Shown in pieces: positions 51,901 through 64,000 of a stretch of DNA of 64,000 nt. The stretch is taken from contig OZ316891.1 in assembly GCA_973895155.1 (NCBI GenBank), positions 12,274,771 through 12,338,770 on the forward strand, given 5' to 3'. Source of the DNA: Marsupella aquatica. Lineage: Eukaryota > Plantae > Marchantiophyta. The translations under genes and the position numbers were made by a program. The first letter of the stretch is position 1; every line of letters starts with the position of its first letter. A model generated the notes under the pieces. The model did no database searches, was not told where the DNA came from, and was given only the letters and a program-made list of their open reading frames with translations.

Positions 51901-54883
51901 GCATGATGAAAAATCTAATTTCACTTGGAGTACTAGAAGCAAATGACCATCGGTGGAGTTCTACTAAATAATGGTGTTCTTTAGGTTTCAACTAGTACTA
52001 AAGTTGTGTTGAAGGGAAAGAGGCATAAAAATCTATACATTTTGGAGGGCAATATAGTCTATGATGAAGCCAATATAATCTTATCTCATGAGGAGACGGC
52101 CCGACTATGACACTTCAGATTGGGTCACATGAGCGAAAAAGGTTTGGTTGTTCTTCAGAAAAAGAGATTACTTTCTAATTTGCAATCTTGTAAGTTGAAA
52201 TTCTATGAGCATTGTGTGCTTGGAAAGCAACAAAGAAAATTCTTTGGAGTTGGAACTCACACCAACAATGAGGTACTTGAGTATGTACATAGTGATGTGT
52301 GGGGACTAGCCCATACTCCCTGACATTCTAGAAGAGTTTACTATGTCACGTTCATTGATGATTACTCAAGGTATGTGTTCACGAATATACTTTCTACACA
52401 ATAAGTCTAATGTTTTTGCCACTTTTAAGGAGTGGAGCCCAAGTTAAGAATCAGACTGGTAACAATGTGAGATATCTTTGATCGGATAATAGTGGTGAAT
52501 ACAGTTCTGGTGAATTTGGAACGTATTGTAAGGAGCACAAGATTACACGCCATCTCACACCAAGTTATACTCCTCAGCAAAATGGTGTTTCTGAGAGGCT
52601 CAATCAAATACTATTGGAGTGCTCAAGGAGTATGTTGAGCCAATCATGCTTATCACATGAATTTTGGGCAGAAGCTGTCAACACTACAACTTACTTGGTA
52701 AAAATTTCTCCATCCAGTGCAATTGGATTCAAGACGTCATTTGAAATGAGGTACGGACATTAAGCAAATTATTCACATCTGAGGGTTTTTGGATGTGATG
52801 TTTATGTGCTTACACCTTCCCAGCTTTGGTCTAAGTTGGAGTCCAAGCTGAGGAAGTGCATTTTCCTTGGATATCATAAAGGTGTAAAAGATTATAGGTT
52901 ATGGGATCCAGTAACCTCTAAGTTAATTGTCAGATATTTCCTTTAATGAATCTAGATCATCAAAGGAGGGGGAGAGTTTTCAGGGCTCCCATACTGACAA
53001 GAGAAAATCTCCTATCCCGGACCCAGTTGGGGGGGGGGAGATAAATTATGATGATGTTCATGATAGGAGAGAAAGAGATGCTCCGGGTATGGAGCTAGTT
53101 CCTGTGATGGAACAAGAGAAGCAGATTGATGTTACAATGGGCAGGGCAATGGGCAGATTCATCTAACTAGATGATGTTGATATTACGCCTGACGATGATC
53201 ATATGGCTTTGATCTTGGAAGAAGGAGAGCCTTCTTCATATCACGAGGCAAAAGCTTCAAAGCATAAGCAAGAGTGGACTGCAACAATGCAAATGGAGAT
53301 GCAGTCACTGAAGGACAACAAGACTTGGGAGTTGGTCAAGCTTCCTAAAGGCCAACAAGTGGTGGACAACAAGTGGATTTACAAGCTGAAGGATTAGTCC
53401 ACGGGAGGTGGATCAAAGGTCTACAAGGCTAGGTTGGTAGCCAAGGGATTCACACAAGAAAAAAATGTGGATTACAATGAGGTCTTCTCACCAGATGCTA
53501 AGTACTCTACAATACAACTATTGTGTGTACTTGTTGTTTTAATTGGTCTACTGCTAGAGTAGATGGATGTTGACAAAGCTTTTCTCTATGACACCTTGGA
53601 AGAGGTCATCTTCATGAGATAGCCGCTAGGTTCTGTGAAAAAAGGGCAAGAGGCTTTGGATTGTAGATTGCTGAGATCAGCTTTTTGTCCGATGGATGAG
53701 ACAGAGAAGGGGTTGATATCAAAGGTTCCTTATGACAAGGCAGTGGGGAGTCTCATATATTTGATGACCTGTGCTATATCTGATCTTGTCGTGGCTATGG
53801 GCAAGGTGAGCAGGTACAAATCAAATCCAAGGAAGGTACACTAGGAAGTAGTGAAGTTGATTTTTTTGTACTTAAAGGGTACCGTGGATCATGGTCTTTT
53901 GTATGATGCACATGTTGATAATGTGAGATCATTGATGGGATATGTAGATGCTGACTATGCACAAGATCTGGATCGTAAGAGGTCAACAATTGGGTATGTG
54001 TTCACACTTTTGGATGCATAAGTTGGAGGTATACTTTGCAAAAGTGTATTGCTCAGTTCACTACAAAAGCTGAGTATGTTGCAGCAACCAAAGCAGCAAA
54101 GGAAGCTATTTGGTTGGATAAACTTATCACTTAGATGGGATTGCCACAAGGGAATGTGAAGCTCCATTGTGATAGTCAAAGTGCTCTTCACCTTGCTGTG
54201 AACCAAGTGATGGATAACAGAGTGAAGCACATCAACGTCAGGTACCATTTTATCAGACAGACTATATCTAATAATCAATTTGAGTCAAGATTGGCGGTAA
54301 ACTCAACCCAACATTTACCAAAGTGATTTCTTTGGAGAGTTTCTCAAGACACTGTGCTACTTTGCAGGTTTTACAATTGAAGCACAAGTAGATCTACTTA
54401 GTAGTTTTTTGTGACTTATTGTATATGGATTTCTTGATCCTGTTAGGCTACGACTTAATTCTAGTTAGCCCTTAGTTAACCCATGGTGGTTTTAGGGGGA
54501 GACCTATTTAGGTGATTGTCTAGAATTTCCCGCTGAGGATACCATATGGTAGCAATTAGTCCAGTCCCCAAGACTAGAGTCAAGGGGGAGTTTGTTGAGT
54601 ATTGCTGTTAGTCTTGTGACTCTAGAGCTAACCGCAGTTAGGCTAACTCAGGTTAAGACTTAGCTTAGGTTAGCAATGATGCATGCTGTATATAACCAGG
54701 GTGATGCCAGCCCCTGGTGGATCTTCAGTTCATTGTTGGAGTTCGGCAAGAGGAAAGTAAAGGTCTCTTGCTTTCCCATGGACGTAGCCTTAGTCGTGGG
54801 GTGAATCACGTACTCATTGTGTCGACTAATTTGTATGGTGTTCACATGTGCATGGTGTCTTGGGATAAAGATTATCCCCAACA
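48997..54883 (+). mobile_element. Decayed Ty1/Copia LTR retrotransposon (Tork/Tnt1-like)
   Basis: LTRs 48997-49288 and 54593-54883 (TG..CA, visibly diverged), TSD CAAAG (48992-48996, 54884-54888), PBS TGGTATCAGAGC (tRNA-iMet) at 49291, PPT AAGGGGGAG at 54582. Confidence 0.95.
51150..54380 (+). pseudogene. Degenerate gag-pol of the Tork-like element
   Basis: Fragments LRNVRHIPSMMKNLISLG, GHMSEKG, YVHSDVWG, DNKTWELV, VPYDKAVGSL and LHCDSQSA..KHINVRYHFIR with many stops and frameshifts. The RT core is deleted near 53680. Confidence 0.9.
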
Positions 54884-57800
54884 CAAAGGAGGTGTTGGGT
54901 TACATTAACTCTTGATTGCAGGTTATGCATTAAACCTAACTTTAATCAAGTCCTCTTAGCACGGTTGCAGATGAAATTCTCCTCCTACATTATACACTTA
55001 GAAAATAGATCCTTGGCAGAAACTCTCCATTTCACCAAAAGAGTACATGTTCAAAGCTCTGATGGGTGTTTTTGGTCTGTCAGCTTGCCCAGCCCTCTGG
55101 TGCTTTGCACTATCTGTTCCCTTTGCGTGGACAGCTTTTGTCTCCTTACGTGGTTTTGACAGGCCCTTGCATCCTTTTCTTTTTCAAAAAACAAAAACAA
55201 AAAATGGAGAATTTCAAGATCTCAAGTGACTGGTGGGGATGACATCCATCATCTAAGAATCAATTAAGTTATTGGACTCATGGCCTCATGTCATCACTTT
55301 GTGAGGTGGCTGACCCTGATTTACTCCAGCCAAAGGTGAATAATGGTGATCCGGGGGTCGTTTGGGCTGTTTGGCAGTTCCCACAGTTGTGGCTCTTGAT
55401 TGACATGTGGTCTGGTCCTTTGGATCTGCTTTCTTTGGTGCCCCACTGGTCTTTACTGCAATAACCATTGCATTGCATTGGGTGCATTGTCACTCTTTAA
55501 AATTGAAAAAGAGTAAAAGATTGAATTCTTCATCAAAGCCAGCCATTTCAGTACAGCAAACAGACACGGGCATGAACTTGTCTGCCAGCACAGATTCCCC
55601 ATCCAGAGTCTCACCTCTCAGTTGTGACGACAAGATCGAAGATCACTTCAGGACAGCAGCTACTTTACAAGCATTTTCTCTGCTAGTTGTACATCAACGT
55701 CATATCACTTGAGTGTAAATATGCAGAAAAGATGTACTGCAAAACTGAGAGCATTCATCCTCGGTTCCCAAGGAATTCCATTCCTTGACGCTTCAGCAAG
55801 CCACTTTTCTGATATGCATTCAACATGAAAGCATAGACCACTCCAGAAAATATTGCACAATAATGGTTGCACATGCAAATATATGATATATTGCTCCCAA
55901 TCATACAAGTCAATGATATTGATGTACTACCACTCTGCCTGGTTGAATCAATCAATGCACTTGCTGCCTATTGAAAATCAAAGCCTCCCATAACGGATGA
56001 GATGGCATGTTTGAGAGGAGCCAGGAATTTGATTCAACGCTGAATTTCTACAGTTTCTATTCCAAAATTCAGAGTAGCCAACCTTTGATTAAGGTTAAAT
56101 GTCTGCATCCTTCTATGTCAGAAATTTGATTCATATGTGATTAAATGTTCAAGTTTATTGGGTTGTGAAAATCTATGGTACCATCTTGTCCATGTAGAGG
56201 ACCATATGGGGCTTTGTTTTCCAAGAATTATGTTCTCCTGGTTTCACTTTTTAATTCAAAAAACAATGTACAGGCTATCGTGCAAAGTGAGATGACATTA
56301 CCTACTAAGAAACGCAGACAAGTAATTCACAAGCCACTACACAACAAAATCATCCATGACAAACGTGCCAGCTACTATTTTGTTTTAATGCAAAACCTTC
56401 CTTGTTATTCTCTCCAGGGCATTTTTTGGAGCTAAGAAAATGTGTCGGTGAACTTCTAGGAGACTGTGTTGATTAACTTGTTGAGTGTGCAAGGGGAACA
56501 TTCCAAAGGCTGGAAGTTCATCCAGACTTTGGTTTTCACCTTTACATTTTCCGGATTCCATTGGAGTATCTACTGCATGGTGAAGTGCACTGTCACAAGG
56601 GAATGATGAGAAGGATGAATGTAAAGCACAATCATCAATGCAAACACGTACAGCACATTAACTCGCTTTCATAAACACATACTATGCCATAAGCACATTG
56701 GTTGTACGGTGTTGACGTTGTGTTGGAGTATAATAATCAGTCACAACTAAAAAACTCCACTTTTATTTCACGCTGATCCCATGCGGGCATGAGGCCATGA
56801 CCCTAAACTTTATACTGGTATTTTATCAGTCGCCACGCCCACGCAAACTGAGTGGGGCAAACTCATCCTTGGGATTGCAAATCTGCTAGGTCTGAAAGGC
56901 TGTAACACTGAAGACCTAATGGCCCACTGGTCATCATGACTCCACAAATCTATGGTGGCATTTGACCTTTGATCTTCTCACAAATAAATTGAAGTTTTTT
57001 TCTCCCATTATGACTACGACATTCTAATGTGGAGGAGAGTAGACGAGTAGTGACTTGGTAGTGCGAAATTTGGGGAGTACATTAAGATAGTCATGACATT
57101 TAATGGGAAGTGCTTATATAGTACTTTAGATGTCGGGATGACTTCAGAGTCTGTACTAGACAAACTAATACACTATACCAAGGGTTCTGACCTTGAAGGA
57201 ATCTTGACTCGAAGGACACTTGTAAGCATCCGCAAAAGGGAGCAGGTTGCCAGACACCAAAGAACACACTCATATATAGTAGTGCCAACTAACTAAATTG
57301 TGGCTTGCCAAGACTAGGGGCACTTGTGACTTTTCTCACCAAAACAAACCACTGGGACAATTCCTATTTCAAACATAGACTCCACACCCAAAATCTCTTG
57401 AAATAAACCTCAATAAATATAAATTCCTTGAATGAAGTAGCCAACGTTAGGAAATGTTTGGATCACCTGGGCGTGGTCTAATTCTAGAAAAAAATATCAC
57501 TCCATCTCAGCAGCTACTTGGGCCACTACTTGCCACATAGGATCAGTAGATACCATACCTGAATACCCCCCCAAGTTATTGTAAAGTTATCTGTAGCGGT
57601 GTCCCCCCATTATAGTGTACACATTTAATTTTAAACAATGAAAAAGACATTGGCCCAACGTCTTGTACAGCCACCCTAAGGGCCAAAAGTCAGTTGTCTG
57701 GTTGGCCTCAATATTTTCTCTTTGTTCTGTATTTGCTCTTTGGGTATGTGTCCTTAATCCCCTGCTGGTTTTCACCACGGGTGGCCTGAACTGTATTTGG

Positions 57801-58593
57801 CGAACCTTGGCGTTCTTTAAAAAACCTAACGGCCAAGCAAACAATCAACACCAAAGTAACCATTAGACTAAGGGGAGGATGGAGGTACAGTCAACAAAAT
57901 GAGGAAACGAGGTCATATAATGGATCGTGTTGGTAGACAGATTAGAACAGTGAGACGGTGTCTATGGTTTACAAGCTCACAGTTGTGGTCCTCCGGGCCA
58001 GGCTGTGTGCATCAGTTGTTATGTACTCAGTATATCCTAAGGAATCATACAAAACAGCACAGGACATTTTCTCGTCCAAAGGATGGAGGTTTTTGCTACG
58101 AGGGAGAGAGAAGAAAAGGGGGGTACCTAGAAAGAATGGGAGGAGAAAGAAGAGAGGAATCATGATACCCTCCCTACCTCAGCAATTCAGCAGAACCACG
58201 GTAGTTCCACCTCACTTTGGAGAAAAGTTTGTTTTTCTCAGGACTGGGAAGACAATCTTAATGAAGCAATAAAGCCAATAAAGTTCCTGCATATTCGTTG
58301 GGCAAAACCAAACGTGGGTGAAAGCCATACTTGAAGACACATATGCATCCACAACCTCATTAGTAAAGGGGAAAAACCTAGAAATGAAAAGGATGCTGCT
58401 AGCGGAAGCTATGAATGAATATGATTGAGTCGATGCTTTCGTTTCTTTATAGGCACTTTCCATTGTGATGCAGGAAGCCCATTCATATAATTATGAACCA
58501 TCTCCAATAATATGTCCAAGTATCAATGCTGCTGCTTCAAAAGCCAGCCGTCCATCTTTCTTAGCATTCAATGATTGACTGATCCTCCTAAAT

Positions 58594-58786
58594 GGTGAAC
58601 TCACTCTACGTAGACATAACCCTTTTCAGCAGAGAATATGAATCATCTGATCTTAGTCAAAAAATCTTGAGCTATTTTCCACTTGGAAGGGGTGAACTCA
58701 CTTTAGGTAGACATAACCCTTTTCAGCTTACGTTATAAATCATCTGATCTTAGTAAAAACATCTTGAGCTATTTTCCACTTGGAAG
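58594..58786. repeat. Tandem duplication of ~97 bp
   Basis: GGTGAACTCACT...GTAGACATAACCCTTTTCAGC...ATCTTGAGCTATTTTCCACTTGGAAG twice. Confidence 0.85.
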
Positions 58787-60259
58787 CTTTCATGATAACA
58801 AATTCCAGTAGATTCTTGGCTTATTCATAGTATCGTATCGTCCCTATAAACACAGCTCGTTTTGGAGAGCTGAGGTAAACTTTTGACATGTTGACTACAG
58901 TAGTTTTTTCAAATCAAACTAATAATTTGCAATCTAAAGTTACACTCTTGGAGCCTATGGTCTAGAGTAAAGCCTCTATATAGTGATTCTGGATAGTGAC
59001 AAGTTGCAGGGGGAGACAACAAGTGCGTAAAACAAAGCCTGGGCAAAGCAGGCCAGTCCACACAGTAGCTCACGAATTTTAGCAATAGTAACTCTTATAA
59101 CTATGGGGGAGGGATTCCCACAGTATTCCATCATGTGCTCCGTAAAGAAAAGCATTTTCCATCATTTGCTCTTGATGAGAAGTTGAGATTGTACATCAAC
59201 ATGTGAGGAGAATAACAAATTGAACTTCAATCTCTACGGTGTGTGGCTCGTTGAGCGAAATTGTGTTCTGGAAGTACTGTACCTTATCCTTTGCCAAATC
59301 GGCACTTCAGCTGGTCCATCGTCTTCTGTATGTGGGTTGTGCGGTGGTTATGGTTTAGAACCTCCTTAATAAGTGCATGCAATTTGTCCTGGTTGCCGTA
59401 GTTGTCCCAGATTGATTGATTGATTGATTTCTGGGAGAGTCAAAAGGCTTTCTCCCTAAAGAAAACGAATCAATTTCATCATATTGACATATTTACATAC
59501 TTTCCATGAATGTGTACTATCTTTGACACTGTGTGTGTCTTCCTTGAGAGGGACCACCGCCCAAAATAATTCCAACCTCATTATACTTGTAGGTAAAGCT
59601 TGCCTTCAAAACCGAACGAATTTGAAAATAACTGTGGCTCCTAATCTGATTGTCCCTACCAGATATGGACATTAGGATAAGATGCACACAACAAGCGCCC
59701 CCCCCCCCCCCCCCCCCTGACCGGCTCAATCCTACATCTCCTTCCAACCTTTCATGGTCAACAAAGTATACAGCAGTCACTACCTATTGTCCCACCAGAG
59801 CCTTGAATAATTCTTCCCACTTTCCATGCAATTCTCGTCGAGTTCCCTTTATGCAATGAAATCTTCATTTTAAAGCTTCCTAGATGAGATTGTCCATGCT
59901 AATTTCTTAGATGTTAGATCATCATGGGACTGTTTCAATGGGGCAAAAGATGGCCTAGGGGAAAGATTGCAAGCAAAGGTGGGAGGAAATGTGCAAGTTG
60001 GATGAATGGCAAGCCAAGAATAAAGAAAAGCCCATGTTGTGCGTGTGAATATGGGCACTGTGGAAGATTGCAAGCAGAAACTAGGTCTGAAAGAAAATGT
60101 AGGAGTGAGCTGGTCAGGCATGACATTGCAAAAGGTGTTGATATTACATAAGTGTTCTGATTGGACTGCATGGCCACTATTACAAAAGATGTCGATGTTA
60201 CAGAAGTGATTCTATCAAGTACCCATGCATGCTCGGAGTCCATATTGTACCTTTCTGGC

Positions 60260-60780
60260 AAATGCCCACACCTTGGACAGATTTTCCAGATTATGACAAC
60301 TTGATTGTTCTTTTTATATCACCAAATGTTGTTCCTTCTATGTAGCTGGATGCTGCTTCTTGTTGTGTAGTTATTGGGATGCCATGTTGCTAGTGTAGAA
60401 TATAGTTGGTGCAAATTGCAGGTGAAGGTGCACATGTCCCCACTTTGAACAGATTTTCCATACCATGATAAACCTGATTCTTATTCTGTATCACCAAGTA
60501 TAATGTATAGTTCCTTCTATGCAGCTGGCTGCTTAGTTATATCATTGAGTATAGTGTATTAGTGTCTTCTCTCTAAGTAACTGTTTGGTGAGAATAGTGT
60601 ACAGTTCCTTCATGATAAATTTGATTGTTCTTTATAATCACTGAGTATATAGTGTATAGTTCCTTCTATGTAGCTGGAGGCTCCTTTATATAATTGTATG
60701 TAGTGTATAGTTCTTGCTGTTTTTTTATGTGCACATTATTATCACTAGTGTATAGTTCCTTCTATGTAGCTTGATGCTTT
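60260..60780. repeat. Degenerate repeat cluster
   Basis: GTATAGTTCCTTCTATG(T/C)AGCT recurring 4-5 times, with TTGATTGTTCTT linkers. Confidence 0.7.
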
Positions 60781-61631
60781 AACGGGTATGGACTGTAGGA
60801 GAGTTAGGGCTAGAGGGGGAAGTTATTACTTATATAAGAGCCATTTGTCTACAGAAGATAACAAGGACTTGTTAAAATTTGACATCAGGGAATGGATGGA
60901 TATCAAGTCAGCCCCATACTACTAAAATCATCCATCTTGCTAATGCATTAGGATCTGAGGGTCTGTCCACAAGCTAAATCAATGGAAGGGCATTGAAGAG
61001 GTTGAATATTGTTGAAGAGGTTGAATATTGTTGATTTCAAGCGTAAATTATTCACCTTGATGTGAGATACCTCATTGTTATGAAAAGGAATCCAAGTGCA
61101 AAATTGAACCTCATCTGTCCATTTTGGAAACTCTTAGTCACTTCAAAGTGTTGAATGATACCAATATATGGGTCCAGCTTAATCCTCTCAGGTAAATCAC
61201 ATTGCCAAAGGTGCATTCAAAGGAGTTGTGCCCTGTAAACAAGACATTACTATACTCATAAGAACAGAGTCCACTAACTAAGCTTTATTGCTAGTCTGAT
61301 TCTTGCTCGACTATGTTGTCCAAAATGAGCAGTTCACCTTCTCAACTTGCCTTCTGTAGCAGAATTATTTTTGGACACAACCATTTTTTTCTGGACACAT
61401 GCATATTCTTGGGAGTTGTTATGTTCACCAGCAACTTTTCAGTGAAGCCCTGTTGGAAGAATGGCTGTAAGTGGAGGACCTTATTGTCTGCTTGATTGTC
61501 TGGGACAGGCCTGACTCATTCTGATATATGCCAAAATAAAGCTAAAGCAACAAAACTCAGAGACTGAAAATTTCCCTCATGTGGAAAGCAAAAACTTTCA
61601 TTCGCCCGTCACCGTACTCGTGGCCGTCTCA

Positions 61632-63928
61632 TCACATGGACACAATTGAGTAATGGCTGGACTTGGCCCCAGATCTCATGCTTGAGACAGACTTGAGAGA
61701 CTTCAAGCTTGAGCGAATGCTCCCCGACTGCTCGCTGGAGCAGTTATTGGAGTGAGGGCTTGGTATGCTTGCATCATCAGAGTGGCTCAGAGACTTCAGA
61801 GATCTAGGTCCTACAGTGTGAGCACTGGGTGCCCGGAATTGGTCTGGACTGTTCCCCATTTCGCATCCAGATTTGATGCTATTGGCAGATGAAAGACTTT
61901 GTCTTGCAAAAAACTTCTCTGAACATGATATGTCTCCTTCGCTCTCAGCAAACTCATCGTAGTCCTGTTGAGTCTTGCTACAAGCATCCCATTTGAGAGC
62001 CTTATTTTCATTGCGGACAGCATTCAACTGCTCCTTAAAGTTTCTATTTGTACTTGTAGAAGATGTTCTTGAATATGGTTTCTCATCCCCCATGCCCAGG
62101 TGTCGTGAAGACCTAGTGGATTCATGACCCTGGCCTTCGAGACGCTCCTTGTCCATGCGTGAGATATTTTTATCTAGTAATTCCATCTGCCTTACTCTCT
62201 GTTCACATCACGTCCAAAAAGCATACATACAGTGAGGTTGATCCATCTCTCGTTACTCAGTGGAGTCTGACCACAATCATAGCTAACTAGCTAAAGCCCA
62301 ATAGTTGACTGCAACACTGATGACCTTGATCTTTAAGAAATTTCTGTAGTTTTAAATGCTTCGTGACAGAGGAGGCCAAATAAGTACCTCCTGGATCTCT
62401 AACCGTATTATTGGCTCGTACTTGGGACCTCTTCCTAGTTCAAACATTCTTTCTAAAAATTGCTTTCTCTCCTCAATCTCCAGTGCAACTGCAAGCCAGC
62501 AAAAGTTCAAATGTTGAAGTTGGCGAAGTATCTTAAGAAGAGATGAATTCTCTTCAAACATGTCATCCTTCATATTGCAATCCTCATTAAATGCTTTGCC
62601 TATGATCTCGTACTCTAAAACCCTCGAGACGTAGTTCTGAACTTGAATTTGCTTTCCAGATGTGGCATATTTAGAGGGCTTACTTGCTTCCATCAGCATT
62701 TCTTGTTCTTCCACAGAACCCCTTGGAGGGGGTGGCTTCCTCGGTGTTTTTGGAACGTTTGATTTAGCCTGGCACATTCCGATTCCCAAAGTTGACCCTC
62801 AGCAGAGAGATCAACCAAGTACAAACTTGGAAATTCTTTTGAGCACCTTCAGTTGTCTGAGCATCATCCTCGACTAGAATGTCTGTCTGTGTTTGTATGA
62901 CAGTAGATGGGATTGGACAGCAATATCCTGCAAGGTGAATTGTGCCAAAGCTATGGACATTTGCAACTACTACGGAATCCTAAATCTAGCACATCAATTC
63001 TGTTGTTCACTATTTTCATTCCTGTGGAAGGACAAGACTACAAGCTCGATGTTAGTAACGTAACTTGCACAAAAAAATCTACCTTGCAGATACTAGGTGA
63101 AGGACATGACACAAGGCAGGGCAAAGATCCCTGGATCAAAGAGGCCTCATAACGCAGATTCAATAAACAGATTATAAATACAAAGGAAAAGTTAGAATGG
63201 ATGTTGCTGGTCCTAGCTCTGTTTGAGCTGCAGTTGGATTGCTCATGTGTCACGCATCACACGTTCAAGCATTTCAATACTCGTGACGGGTTATAGAAAG
63301 CATATGTACTTCCAGAGAAAATGACAAAACAGCATCAAGGGCTCATTCCAGCTGGGCAAAGGGTACATCTTTCATTGTCCCAATGCGCAAAAATGTGACT
63401 CTATATTGCATCAACTACTTATTTTCCTTTCAAGCCTATCATGTTCAATCTGAGTGGATTGGAAATGCTTACTTCTTCCTCATCTTCAACGTCCCGGCCA
63501 CTCCACTCAAAGATTTCTTGAAGTCGGGCCTTTTCCTTCTCATCCAACAAAGGTCCTGCGCATTGAATAAACACTATTCAGCAAGAGTCTTCACTTGGAA
63601 TATCTGCGATCATGTCATGGTATCTGCTCTGAAATTTAGTGGACGGAAAGAGCTTGCATATAAATGAACAGTTGGACTAACTTGCGAGATCCCTACAAAA
63701 ACTAAGTTACTTTTAGGTTGAGGAGGTTGGTCCTTCTGCAAGATATCTTCCTTCAACTGGGTCAGAATGTGGGATCCCTTTCGTCTCCCTCTCATCAGTA
63801 GTACTTGAGGAATTTCATTGATTGTCAGATACTTCTTGCGAAAGCGTGGGACCTTCACAACTGGCTTCTGCAACCATCTAATTCGAGCTGTCAAGCTCTT
63901 ACTGATATCTCTATCATTTGCCTCCAAG
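61632..63928 (-). CDS. UPF0193/EVG1 (C22orf23)-like protein, 5' end beyond the window; exons 63928-63711, 63555-63473, (62885-62826), 62768-62684, 62488-62388, 62198-61632
   Basis: Spliced motifs PKRPLLDEKEKARLQEIFEWSGRD and AIALEIEERKQFLERMFELGRGPKYEPIIRLEIQE|RVRQMELLD match the remembered UPF0193 blocks ([32 protein letters not shown]). GT-AG junctions are in phase. Confidence 0.8.
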
Positions 63929-64000
63929 CTGTAGAGGACGCAAGCAATGTCATGCCATGCCAACTCCCCCTAGGATTGCCTTTGTACAAACAGTCTAGTC

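Noticed and set aside
59280-59405. YGNQDKLHALIKEVLNHNHRT faintly like an alpha-amylase segment
   Set aside because: Too short and gapped, with no other amylase motifs nearby.

Overview
Eukaryotic, intron-containing, repeat-rich plant DNA. It is probably a seed-free land plant with flagellated sperm, because it carries a UPF0193/EVG1-like gene. The standout feature is at 1-6233: a pogo/Passer-like (Tc1/mariner superfamily) DNA transposon whose left end lies just upstream of the window. It encodes an apparently intact 3-exon DD37D transposase with a C-terminal OTU-like (catalytically dead-looking) extension. On the opposite strand it carries cargo: an intronless BRCT-domain ORF resembling X-family polymerase BRCTs, a multi-exon host-gene fragment bracketed by a 63-bp duplication, and two exons of mitoribosomal MRPL47. 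The rest of the window holds three copies of a TIR non-autonomous element (one with a nested CACTA element), a 5-exon ~1170-aa coiled-coil gene (24278-30210, minus), a young Bianca-type Copia element with TG..TA LTRs, an older decayed Tork-like Copia element, several tandem repeats, and the 3' part of the EVG1-like gene. Family assignments rest on remembered motifs, not database searches.
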